A stretch of 64,000 nt of DNA. Origin: Asterias rubens. Taxonomy: Eukaryota. The DNA is taken from NCBI RefSeq assembly GCF_902459465.1, contig NC_047070.1, forward strand, positions 310,001 through 374,000, given 5' to 3'. Below, in pieces: positions 35,701 through 47,746 of the stretch. Positions within the stretch are counted from its first letter, which is position 1; each line of letters opens with the position of its first letter. A program made the translations under genes and the position numbers. The notes under the pieces were generated by a model that saw only the letters and a list, made by a program, of their open reading frames with translations, was not told the origin of the DNA and ran no database searches.

Positions 35701-38700
35701 GGTATCTCAAAGCGCTTCAAACACTATTACCCCTGGTCACTGGGCCTTAAATCATTCTTAAAACCATCTCAGCTCCCTGGATGGTATACAGCCTGTGCGC
35801 AACATACATGTATGCGCTACTCAGCTAAACCAATCACAAGAACCATCACTGCCCTCACAGTTACCCATTTACCCCTGGGTGGAGAGAAGCAATTATAGTT
35901 AAGTGTCTTGCTCAGGGACACATGTGTCATGACTGGGATTCGAACCAACACTCTGCTGAACAGAAGCATCAAAGCTTGATTTTGGTGCTCTTATCCACTC
36001 AGCCAAGACACCCCACCTCTGGGTTAACATGTTGGCGCTCTTCCAACTGAGCTATCTAGCTTTATGTTGGTGTTCTCCAGTCATTAGAAATTACCTAGTC
36101 AGTTTATCTTGTGGTTATATTATTTGATTATTCTTAATAAGCAACTTTCTAATTGCAGAAAACAGAAAACGGAAAAACACATTTTTCTTTATGGCACTTT
36201 AGTCATAAAATAAAGTTGGATAATGAGATCTTTATCAGCTGTATACATTGTTGATGCAAGCTTGCATGACCCATGAAACAGAAAGAATTCAACTCAACTA
36301 TAAATTTGGATGCAAAGACTGACATGTAAAGCTATGACTTATCTTAAAGACTATTATTTTAGGTTTTACCCATACACCTTGGTGTGTAAGCACTGTTTAC
36401 TAAGTACTTTCCCGAAATCTGTGAGTAAAATCACAGTTCTTTTTTTCTTTTTCAAAGAACTCGGGAAAAAAACTGAGTATCGATGCTACTTTCTTATTCT
36501 TGGCATTGATGGTACGATACACCTCTCCATACACCCCTTCACCAATCTTAAGACAACTCTTAATCATTGCTGTATTTATACACTGATTGAATGATCTATG
36601 CATTGCAACCATCCTTACCTTAAGAGCAACTTTCTTATTCTTGGCATTGATGGTACGATACACCTCTCCATACACCCCTTCACCAATCTTAAGACAACTC
36701 TTAATCATTGCTGTATTTATACACTGATTGAATGATCTATGCATTGCAACCATCCTTACCTTAAGAGCTACTTTCTGATTCTTGGCATTGATGGTACGAT
36801 ACACCTCTCCATACACCCCTTCACCAATCTTAAGACAACTCTTCATCATTGCTGTATTTATACACTGATTGAATGATCTATGCATTGCAACCATCCTTAC
36901 CTTAAGAGCAACTTTCTGATTCTTGGCATTGATGGTACGATACACCTCTCCATACACCCCTTCACCAATCTTAAGACAACTCTTCATCATTGCTGTATTT
37001 ATACACTGATTGAATGATCTATGCATTGCAACCATCCTTACCTTAAGAGCAACTTTCTTATTCTTGGCATTGATGGTACGATACACCTCTCCATACACCC
37101 CTTCACCAATCTTAAGATAACTCTTCATCATTGCTGTAGTAATACACTAATTGAAAGATAGACATTGCAACCATCCTTACCTTAAGAGCTGCTTTCTGAT
37201 TCTTGGCACTGATGGTACGATACACCTCTCCATACACCCCTTCACCAATCTTAAGACAACTCTTAATCATTGCTGTATTTATACACTGATTGAATGATCT
37301 ATGCATTGCAACCATCCTTACCTTAAGAGCAACTTTCTTATTCTTGGCATTGATGGTACGATACACCTCTCCATACACCCCTTCACCAACCTTAAGACAA
37401 CTCTCCATCATTGCTGTATTTATACACTGATTGAATGATCTATGCATTGCAACCATCCTTACCTTAAGAGCAACTTTCTTATTCTTGGCATTGATGGTAC
37501 GATACACCTCTCCATACACCCCTTCACCAATCTTAAGATAACTCTTCATCATTGCTGTAGTAATACACTAATTGAAAGATAGACATTGCAACCATCCTTA
37601 CCTTAAGAGCTGCTTTCTGATTCTTGGCACTGATGGTACGATACACCTCTCCATACACCCCTTCACCAATCTTAAGACAACTCTTCATCATTGCTGTATT
37701 TATACACTGATTGAATGATCTATGCATTGCAACCATCCTTACCTTAAGAGCAACTTTCTTATTCTTGGCATTGATGGTACGATACACCTCTCCATACACC
37801 CCTTCACCAATCTTAAGACAACTCTTCATCATAGCCGTAGTAATACACTGATTGAATGATATAGGGGCTTCTTGGTTACATTGCTGTAGGATCTTCTCTC
37901 TGGCGGTGATCAGACAACCTGTGGATCGGCTCTTCACTGGTGTTAAAACTTCCTGCAAAACATCGAAAAAGGTTGATCAATATTACAGTCGTAGTCAAAG
38001 AAACAAAAGTTTGAAAGAGGCCAACTTGTTGGTTAGAAGAAAAAAATTAGGGAAGATGAGGGCAGTGAGGGGTGTTGAAATATTCATATCTACATGATGG
38101 ATTTATAAGAATCCTTTCACATCCAGACAAACTTTTACACACAGTGCTTTGAAGCATCTTCAATAATAACAGAGACAAGCTGATCAGAAGAGTGTTTCTG
38201 ATCAGAAGAGTGTGGGTTTGAGTCTCGGTCATGACACTTGTATCTTTGAGCAAAATACTTTCCCATAATTGATTTGATCTTCCGATGGGACATTTAGTTG
38301 TAGATCTTGTGTACTAGGATTGGTATAAGAACACTAATTTTGGAAAGAAAGGCGTTATCCCCAGTGTTTCTTGTTCACATGCAGTTGTAGCAGGCCCCCT
38401 AGTTTACAGATTTCCTCCAGCTTAAGAGTTAAGTTCCCTTTGAGGCATCCTTGGTTTCATTCCCAGAAAAACAATAACAAGTATAAACAACTCTTAAGGA
38501 GTACAATTTGAGAAGATGAGGCAATGTTACACATACCTTGAAACTATGAGCAAGTTTGTAACCGTTTGACTCCATTCTACTCTCTGAACAAACATCTTGA
38601 ATTCTGTCATTATCAACTGGTTCCAGTTCTTGAGCTACAAGACTTGACGTCACATCTCTCATCCAACCATTCCTCTTCTCCTGATCAACGTCTTCAATGT

Positions 38701-41674
38701 CTTCATCAACTGGTTCCTGTTCTTGAGCTACAAGACTTGACGTCACATCTCTCATCCCACCATTCCTCTCCTCATCAACCTCTTGAATGTCTTCATCATC
38801 AGATGATACTGAAATGCAGCTACTTGTATCAGGTACCCTATCATCATCTTCATCTTTGTTGTCCTTTATGTCGCTCTGGACAGATTTATAAGACGAGACT
38901 GAAGAGTTTGAATACTGACTAAGGCAAGCGTCTGATAGCGGAGTGACAATCACCGAGCAAGGACTAATAATCTGTTGTAGTTGTAAATTCTTGCCATTAA
39001 TATGAGTTCCTTCAGTCAACTGGTGTGGTGTATCTAACTTGACATCTTTAGCACAAGAGTTATTAAGATCGAGAAGTGAGATCTCATGAGAAAGATCAAA
39101 CAGGTCTAGTGTATCTGCATATTTCAGTTTACATGTTCCACACCTGCAGTTTGCTTTGTGATGACTAACACGGCCAATTCTTGCATGTGAGTTATCTTCA
39201 TATTTCAGTTTACATGTTCCACACCTGCAGTTTGCTTTGTGATGACTAACACGGCCAATTCTTGCATGTGAGTTACCGTTTTTAGCAATGCTGGATCTTG
39301 TTACTGGCTTTCCTGACTGAATAACTGAACATTCATTTAGTTGGTGGGGTATTGATGGGTTGACATACAATCCTATTGGAGTACTGGTTTCAACACTACC
39401 TTTCTTTCCTGTACACAACGATGTCATTGGCGAGTCAAAGACACTTTCCTCTGAGGTTGTCCTGGTAACCCTATCTTTACCACTACAATTAGTGTCATCA
39501 GCTGAGTAGCCAAAGAGATCACAGCTTGTGTCAAAAATGCAATCCAGCGTATCTGTTCGTCCTCGTTTGCTCAATGATTGCGAGCTTCTTTCAATTGGTG
39601 AATGAATCAAATCAAAACGAGTCAACAAGTTTGTTAACTTTTGATTTTCAGGTTTCACCTCCGTCGTCTCTACATCCCCCTTATTTTTAGACCCATTTTT
39701 CCCACGTCCTTTTCGACTCAGCTTGGTAAACTTCCTTCCTCCAGCTGTAGGTGGAAGGTCCCTCACAGTTTCCTTTGAATCTCCAGCTGTAGGTGGAAGG
39801 TCCCTCACAGTTTCCTTTGAATTCACAAGATTTTCTTTGCCAGTCGCTACTTTTCTTGACAAACCTGCTCTAGTTGATTTAGTCCGTGGCTGCTCATTAT
39901 TGCCAGGTCTCCCCTAAAATAAAATGAAAATTTTAACATCTCGTCAGTGCAAAAACTCTGAATCTTCTCCAATGCAAAACAGTTTTATCCTGGCGCTCAT
40001 TGGTTTTTTGTATGTACTTGTACACCCTGGTTTTCAAAGGCGATGGCTTCAGATTGGGAGTTTTGGATATGGTTTGAAAGATGTTTTAAAGTGTAATAAA
40101 CTAATATAATGTTCAACACAAACTAAAAATATGTCAACACAGTGGGGGGAATTGGTAAAAAGAATTAATTTTAACTCAGACCATCCAAAAATGACAACTC
40201 AGATGAGTTGGACACATCCAGCAACCCACCGATGAGCCACTCAACATCTATGCTCTGTACTCCCCATCGCATGGCCGACGCAAACAAGGTCGTCAGCGCC
40301 TGCTGTACCCTGAGTACATGTTCATTGGAAGATTAGTCTCCTAGGACTTTCTGCTCTCTCTGCTTGAGATTCAGAGAATAGCACAAGACAGGAGAAAATG
40401 GGTAAAGCTTGTGTCTGCCTGCTGTGCAGCCGACTGATGATGATGACGACGAATGAATTTTTAACGCAGTAAGTAAAACAAAGTTACCTTTAAACAGAAT
40501 GTAGTAAACCAAATAGTGTTGACTTTAATTGATTGTCTTCCATAAATCTAATTAAAGAAACACGTTGCCTTGCCTTTGAAAAGCGTTCTGTAAACGTTTG
40601 TTATAAAATGCATATGGGTAGAAAGATGTAAAAGTAGAATACAATGATCTACACAAATATGCCTCGAAATTGCGTGGTTTTCTTTTTACCTCGTCGACTT
40701 ACACGGTCAGCCATTTATGGGAGCAAATTTTTGACTCCCATAAATGGCCGACCGTAATTGTTCGCGACGTAAAAGGAAAACCGTGCAATTTTGAGTGATA
40801 CTTGTGTGGATCATTATATTCTACTTTTAAAACATCTTTCTAACCATAATATAACAAACAGTTGCAAATGCTTTTTATAGACCTACTCGACCGATCCAAG
40901 GCAACGTGTTCCTTTAAATGTTTTCCTCACCTTGAGCGCCTTCTTGGTTTGCCTGGCATCTCTCTTAAGAGGAATCCACTCATCATCGGATGAAATCTCA
41001 AAGATGCTCTTATTCTTATCATCATTACTGAAAATAAAAGTGCAATTAAGAAGAACACCAGAATTCAACCTTGTCCTGCATGTTTTTAATGTCCTTGTTT
41101 CATCTGCCTTCAAAGGAATTTTGTTTTAATAACAAACAGAACCATTTTGTTTTCAAATCATAATTGATGCAACTTTGCTCTATGACTTGTTTCAGTGTTC
41201 CATTTTGGAGAAAGAATGAGTAGACACTAGACAGAAGAAAGAAAAAATATCAACCTCTACCCTTGCAGGTACCCATTTTCCCCCCGCACAGTGATGAAGA
41301 GAAGCAATTAGAGTAAAGTGTCTTGCTCAAGGACACAGCCAGGATTCGAACCTACACTCTGGTGACTTAACCACCACAACCTGAATTTGATGCTCTTTTA
41401 ACCACTCGGCCAAGACACTCTACAAAGGAATCTGCTCATCCATTTTTTTTGCTCCAAAGAAATAGAGTTTATCTTTCACAAACCTGTTACTATTAGTGAG
41501 TGCAGAGGAGTGACTATCTGTGTTCAGATCAATTGAGAAGTCACACAACTCAGGTGAGCTGAAAACATGCTGCTGTGACTTGGTCTCATTCTCAGGAGAG
41601 ATCCAGACATTGGCTGCAATTGTTCGCTTCTTGTGTCGTCCGTAAGTTCTGATCACTCGAGAGGGGAAAGCCAT
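29731..41674 (-). CDS. HASPIN: Serine/threonine kinase haspin (histone H3 Thr3 kinase family), 914 aa. Exons 41674-41484, 41027-40931, 39913-38537, 37952-37743, 35518-35433, 34984-34830, 33750-33677, 32605-32374, 30578-30476, 29950-29731
   Basis: 2745-nt spliced ORF with consistent phases. Haspin-type motifs: KIGEGVYGEV, VALKIIPIEG, EILPEIVIS, EFEHRDLHWGNIL, IDFTLSR, GDLQFEVYR, PHTNVLWLHYL, plus an N-terminal RTYGR motif and a long low-complexity N-terminus. Strong Kozak context CCCACCATGG. Confidence 0.93.
30640..30790 (-). mobile_element. CR1-like LINE 3' remnant; a related copy lies at ~33930-34085
   Basis: The minus strand encodes PRTASLWNSLPGACFPSSYDLPSFKRNINS-like sequence in both places. 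Confidence 0.65.
34098..34459. mobile_element. Kolobok/T2-like MITE, main family
   Basis: TTAA-AGGCAGTGGACACTATTGGTAATT ... AATTACCAATAGTGTCCACTGCCT-TTAA. Confidence 0.9.
35670..36015 (-). mobile_element. tRNA-derived SINE, near full length (related fragments at ~4073-4235 and ~41250-41420)
   Basis: B-box GGTTCGAATCCCAG on the minus strand, core AAGTGTCTTGCTCA-GGACAC, and an L2-like GCGCTA..TAAA tail. Confidence 0.75.
36485..37860 (-). repeat. Tandem array of ~141 bp units (about 10 copies including the true exon end) made of haspin exon sequence plus its 5' splice site
   Basis: Unit starts at 36601, 36742, etc. Translates as 47-aa repeats MMKSCLKIGEGVYGEVYRTINAKNKKVALKVRMVAMHRSFNQCINTA; two junctions are 139 bp. 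Confidence 0.95.
40552..40917. mobile_element. Third TTAA MITE family
   Basis: TTAA-AGAAACACGTTGCCTTG ... CAAGGCAACGTGTTCCT-TTAA with a central palindrome GCCATTTATGGGAG...CTCCCATAAATGGC. Confidence 0.87.
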
Positions 41675-43972
41675 GGTGGGTACAAGTAGTCTCACTCAGT
41701 CTCAGTGGCTACGTTCAATATGGATATGTTGTGTTGCTTGCAGCATGCTTTGTTTTAACAGTCTTTTATTAATTCCTGAAAGAAAGCAGAATATAAATAC
41801 ATTGCTCACACAAAAGTAGAATTATCAGACTTTGGTTTGTGTGTTTTGCTGATTGTTTTGATTTTAAATAAAAACATCTCCCTGAACTCCCAATAATCAG
41901 TCTTGTATTTTTACTACTCTAATCACAGAAACTGAAAAAAGTTTTAATTTGCCAAGTGCTGGCACACAGCGAGTGTCACTCTACTGTGTGCCAGTGAGTG
42001 TGACTGTACATTAGTAATAGTTGCAATTCAATAATCATAACCCTCAATCCTCCCTACGGTCAGTCAGGAGGATGGAGGGTTACGTTTATCACAACATACA
42101 TTTTTATCTATGTTAAGTGTATTTGCTTTGTTGTTGATGTCGTCGTTGTTGTTCAAACCACTATGATTTTTTTCTGCCAATACCAAGGTCGCCAAGGACG
42201 AAGAACATCAACTGATTGAAACTCACACAGACCCAGTTTGTCATGTTTGTCAGATCAGCACGGAAGCTACTCTCACATTTAGTATTAAAAAAACTGGGGA
42301 GCTGTACTCCTTTTTTTTCGAAATTTTGTCATTATTGGGCAATGACTGATATAAATATAATGACAAAATTTCGACCAATAACGGCGATAATGTCAAAATT
42401 TAGACATTCAACTTTTCAAGTTTAATTGAGTAAAAATCTTGTTTATTCATCAAGTTTAAATCAATTATTTAAACTATTAGCAATGCTTGCTCCTTTTGCT
42501 CTAAGTTTCCAGAGACAATGATCAAATGAAGCATTTGTTTTTTTATTGTGAATTTACGTAACCTATTTGGAAAGAGTTTGAAGATTGGTGGAAAAGCTTG
42601 TCGAACGATGAAATAACTTTAAATTTTAAATCCATTCTTGGGTCAAAATACTGACCAGCCAGACTTATTACATAACCTTTGCATTTTGTTGACAAAAAAG
42701 ATAATATTCAGAGGTAGGTAAGGTTTAATCCGAAAAGGATTTCATGTTGGTAATTTAGTAAAATTTAATTTTGAATTAGAAAAAAAAGATTGCGACTGGC
42801 TCAAATGCAATATTACAAAGTTGAGGATTTTGGTTTAGTTGTGCTTGAAAGTTGGATAAGTTTTCTTTGTTTTGTCCTCTATTCTTTTGTATGTTTGTTT
42901 GTTGTGAATGTGAGTGCATGAAAAAAATAAAAAAATAAAAAGTGCTTATTGCACTTTAAAGTTTAATATATAAAAAAAAAATTAAAAATCAATTCAACTA
43001 TCAATCAAGGATGCAGATTGACGAAAAGCAAATAGGAAAGGAGTGGGGTAGACCCATTAAGTTAACTGGGGCGCTGTACTCCTTTTTTCGAATTTTGACA
43101 TGATTTTGACAACATCGGTCGAATCAACAAGCTGATCGTTTAAATTTCAATATTAATAATAAAATTGATCGGAGGGTTAAACAAAAAATCAAAAAAAATA
43201 TTAGAAAATGATATAAGGCACATGGCTTCTTTAAGCCTAGCCTGTATTTTTTTCCCAGAATGCTCAGCAAAATATTCAGTCACATAATTTGATCATCATG
43301 AATTGTGAATTGAAATAGTGTTTGATGAAACTTTTTCGGTGGGCAAATATTTTTATATGGCCTCAACATTATGACATATTTTTGTACCTTGTAGAAATGC
43401 CTAAAATACCAAACTTTTTGCATTTACAAGTGCACATATCCAGTCCAGTGGAGCCTTACGTGTTTCTAAGTTTTGGTCAAGGGAGAGGAGACTCTTTGCT
43501 TGGCAAATAAAACCACACAATTTGTATCTAGGGACTGTTTACATCGCGCACAGAGAGGTAAAAGATTTGCCACGATTTTAGGGACACCTCGAAAACAGGA
43601 CCTCACTGTAGGAGTGGGGTTAAAACATTACAAAATATTCTTCTAACATCAAATTCAAATAATTAACACTACTGACTTGGCACCATGCACTGGCAACAAC
43701 ATCTCAACATACATGACAGATCTAGATTACACTAACTTGATAAATGTATTGCTTGACGCTGTGTGTGTTTTGTTTTGTTTTCTTTCACTTTAAGTTATTA
43801 AGCACGTCCACAATCACTCACACAGTACAGGGGGGGGGGGGGGTACAGTGCTCTTCTGTATCTGTATGGTACTGCACACAAACTCCACTATCGGGATATC
43901 AATGGTGCAGGCGCGTGGTGGCTAGTAGTGGATTAGTAGTGGGCCCCCCGAATAAAGGTAGACATATGCATG

Positions 43973-44446
43973 TCAGTTAGTCTTGTCTTGAAAGAAAGTG
44001 TCTATAGTAGGGGATTTGCGAATGTTTACAGGGAGAAGGTTCCATTCGGCCATGGTTCTTGGTAAGAATGAGAATTTATAACAGTCTTTCTTTGTTGTGG
44101 GGTGAAGAAATGAGGTTGCAGAGGATTTCCTTGTTTGAATTCCTACTGTGGCAGGTTGTGATTGATACCCGTCAGAGTTAATGGCTACAGAATGATGAAT
44201 AGATTTGTACAGAAGTGTGAGTCTTGAGGTAGCTCGTCGATTTTCAAGGGATTCCCATCCCAGCTCTGCTATCAATATCATTGATGAGACACTGCTAGTC
44301 CTCCTAGAATCTTTACAGACAAACCTGGCTGCCCTGCGTTGCACTGCTTCCAATCTGTTCTTTTGATCTTGGGTATAAGGGTCCCAGACTGATGCACAGT
44401 AGTCCAGCTTCGGACGGACTAGGGTCTTGTAGGCTATGTCCTTCAC
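43973..44446 (-). mobile_element. CR1-group LINE ORF2 C-terminal fragment
   Basis: AYKTLVRPKLDY-ASVWDP, LEAVQRRAARFV, LGWESLENRR, SFLPRT-AEWNLLP. Confidence 0.88.
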
Positions 44447-44544
44447 CTCTTTTTCAGTGCCAGTTTTCTCCCAGGCAAAATAATGGTTTAATGAGCTGAA
44501 ATCTGCGGCTCGTCGTCAAAACACAGCTTTACAGTCACACCTAC

Positions 44545-44791
44545 CTTTTTTAAGTTAACAGTATTGTTAAATAGCTGGGCAACTCCAGAAATCGAGCCTT
44601 TTGCCTGCACGGTGACACACAACGCTACACTAGAAATTGCACAAGCCACCATTTTAAAGATTGCTCTCAATTAAGAGACACGTAATCTGATTGGTCAATT
44701 AAACTCAGTCGTGCATGCGCACAAGTGGCCGTTCTGACTGTTATGAAACAAGATGGCTGCGCCCATGGTGTAGACAATGTTTTTGTGTTGC
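44545..44791. promoter_or_regulatory. Putative bidirectional promoter and non-coding first exons of HASPIN (-) and the SDR gene (+)
   Basis: Outward-facing donors AG|GTAGGT (minus, exon end 44545) and TGC|GTAAGT (plus, GT at 44792). Outward-facing YY1-like sites at 44645 and 44749, CCAAT box at 44687, NRF1-like GTGCATGCGCAC at 44711. Confidence 0.65.
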
Positions 44792-45104
44792 GTAAGTTTT
44801 GCATGTTTGTTATGATTTGGTTCCGATGAACGACAAAGTTCTCGTTCCACAGACGAAGTGCGCAATAATAAGGAACTGCAGGGGAGTACTGTGGCTGGTC
44901 TGATTAAAAGGTTTGTCGAAAGATCTGTTTGTTTCAGCATGGAGAAAGTTATATTTACGCCAAAAACACTGCTCTGCCTCTGTCTCTGCTGCTCTCGAAC
45001 TTGGATTTCATGGAATAAAGAAATCCACAGTGCCAGCAGTGCGTCGTAATCGTATACCAATACCATCATATTTGTTTTATGGAGAATATAATAATAAATA
45101 ATAA

Positions 45105-45432
45105 TAATTTGAGGGCCTAATCATCCTTACTCGCAGCTAAGACTAAGAGCTGAATTGCGAAGGACGCGGCTACAACGTGTTCGAGAAGTAGGCATGCAAG
45201 GTCGCATTCAGCTGCCAGCCACATCAACCCATTATGACCACGGAGCACAGCCAAGATCGAAAGTGTTGGATTTTTCCTGAGGGAGGAAAACCGGATAGTC
45301 TGGAAAACCCTCGTGGCACAGCAGAGAACCAATGCACAACTCAACTCACATATGGCCCCGACTGGGAATCGAACCGGGGTCACCTTGGTTGGTGAGAGGC
45401 GAGCGCTTTACGCACAAGCCAACCGTGCCACC
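45105..45432 (-). mobile_element. tRNA-derived SINE
   Basis: B-box GGTTCGATTCCCAG on the minus strand, GGAGGAAAACCGGA core, and a (TAA)n-type tail. Confidence 0.75.
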
Positions 45433-45512
45433 CTATCCCTAGAAAGGAAACGCCATGCGTATACCATGTCAGGATGTATACTCAGTATTCAGAACCAAAC
45501 ACTCCTTTTATT

Positions 45513-45890
45513 TTAAAGGCAGTGGACACTATTGGTAATTGTCAAAGACTAGCCTTCACAGTTGGTGTATCTCAACATATGCATAAAATAACAAACCTGT
45601 GAAAATTTGAGCTCAATCGGTCATCGAAGTTGCGAGATAATAATGAAAGAAAAATAACCCTTCTCACACGAAGTTGTGTGCGTTTAGATGGTTAATTTTG
45701 AGACCTCAAGTTCTAAACTTGAGGTCTCAAAATCAAATTCGTGGAAAATTTCTTCTTTCTCGAAAACTATGGCACTTCAGAGGGAGCCGTTTCTCACAAT
45801 GTTTTATACTATCAACCTATCCCAATTACTTGTAATCAAGAAAGGTTTTAATTATTTTTAGAAATTACCAATAGTGTCTACTGCCTTTAA
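45513..45890. mobile_element. Kolobok/T2-like MITE, main family
   Basis: Same TIRs and TTAA flanks as the 34098 copy. Confidence 0.9.
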
Positions 45891-46146
45891 AGAGACGATG
45901 TTAATATTATTATATTTATAATTATGTTGTCTAGTTTTTTAGTTCAGTTTATGTTCAGTTTATTTCCACTCATCCATCATAACCAGTTTTCTTACTTAAT
46001 CAGTTGAGTAACATTGAATAATCATTATCTATGTGGGCCATTTTCATTCTTAGTTTAAGAGTACATTCATTAAAGACTTGTTTAACTTACTATATATAGT
46101 AAAAGTTAGCCCAGGTTGGACTCCTTTGTTGCATACAACGCGCAGT

Positions 46147-47446
46147 GGCACTGACTATATGACGTCCTACCAGGCACTGACTATATGACGTCCTACCAGG
46201 CACTGACTATATGACATCCTACCAGGCACTGACTATATGACGTCCTACCAGGCACTGACTATATGACGTCCTACCAGGCACTGACTATATGACATCCTAC
46301 CAGGCACTGACTATATGACGTCCTACCAGGCACTGACTATATGACGTCCTACCAGGCACTGACTATATGACGTCCTACCAGGCACTGACTATATGACGTC
46401 CTACCAGGCACTGACTATATGACGTCCTACCAGGCACTGACTATATGACGTCCTACCAGGCACTGACTATATGACGTCCTACCAGGCACTGACTATATGA
46501 CGTCCTACCAGGCACTGACTATATGACATCCTACCAGGCACTGACTATATGACGTCCTACCAGGCACTGACTATATGACGTCCTACCAGGCACTGACTAT
46601 ATGACGTCCTACCAGGCACTGACTATATGACGTCCTACCAGGCACTGACTATATGACGTCCTACCAGGCACTGACTATATGACGTCCTACCAGGCACTGA
46701 CTATATGACATCCTACCAGGCACTGACTATATGACGTCCTACCAGGCACTGACTATATGACGCCCTACCAGGCACTGACTATATGACGTCCTACCAGGCA
46801 CTGACTATATGACGTCCTACCAGGCACTGACTATATGACGTCCTACCAGGCACTGACTATATGACATCCTACCAGGCACTGACTATATGACATCCTACCA
46901 GGCACTGACTATATGACGTCCTACCAGGCACTGACTATATGACGTCCTACCAGGCACTGACTATATGACGTCCTACCAGGCACTGACTATATGACATCCT
47001 ACCAGGCACTGACTATATGACATCCTACCAGGCACTGACTATATGACATCCTACCAGGCACTGACTATATGACGTCCTACCAGGCACTGACTATATGACG
47101 TCCTACCAGGCACTGACTATATGACGTCCTACCAGGCACTGACTATATGACGTCCTACCAGGCACTGACTATATGACGTCCTACCAGGCACTGACTATAT
47201 GACATCCTACCAGGCACTGACTATATGACATCCTACCAGGCACTGACTATATGACGTCCTACCAGGCACTGACTATATGACGTCCTACCAGGCACTGACT
47301 ATATGACGTCCTACCAGGCACTGACTATATGACGTCCTACCAGGCACTGACTATATGACATCCTACCAGGCACTGACTATATGACGTCCTACCAGGCACT
47401 GACTATATGACATCCTACCAGGCACTGACTATATGACGTCCTACCA
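46147..47446. repeat. Minisatellite, 26 bp x 50
   Basis: GGCACTGACTATATGAC(G/A)TCCTACCA, 1300 bp; by my count 13 copies carry CpG>CpA and one carries T>C. Confidence 0.97.
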
Positions 47447-47746
47447 GGACTAATTATACCATGTGGGAATTTGTAATTGAAGTTGCTGGACTGTATTTTC
47501 CATAGCTCTCATGTTCCCATATTTTAAAATCCTTTTATTTTAATTACATTTGTTTTGTTTGGTTTTCTTCCTTTCTTTTCCTTTGATTTTGTTGGGGATT
47601 GAACAAATTGACTTGAGTTGAGCAGAGTTGCCAACAACATTCCGTATTAACATCGCCACTCTACCAATTCTCATTTTGTGTCTTGTGACATAATAAGTTT
47701 TTGTTTTTCTTTTATTGTATTCCCACTGGAAAGCAGGACTAAGAAA

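Noticed and set aside
36400-37552. ORFs of 243 and 146 aa as separate multi-kinase genes
   Set aside because: They are read-through of the intronic 141-bp array, contain only subdomains I-II, and lack independent gene structure.
38429-38536. C-terminal part of the 477-aa ORF (VCVTLPHLL...)
   Set aside because: Lies past the AAG|GTATGT donor at 38537, so it is intron read-through.
46147-47446. Possible CRISPR-like array
   Set aside because: The units are contiguous with no unique spacers, there are no cas genes, and the context is a eukaryotic intron.
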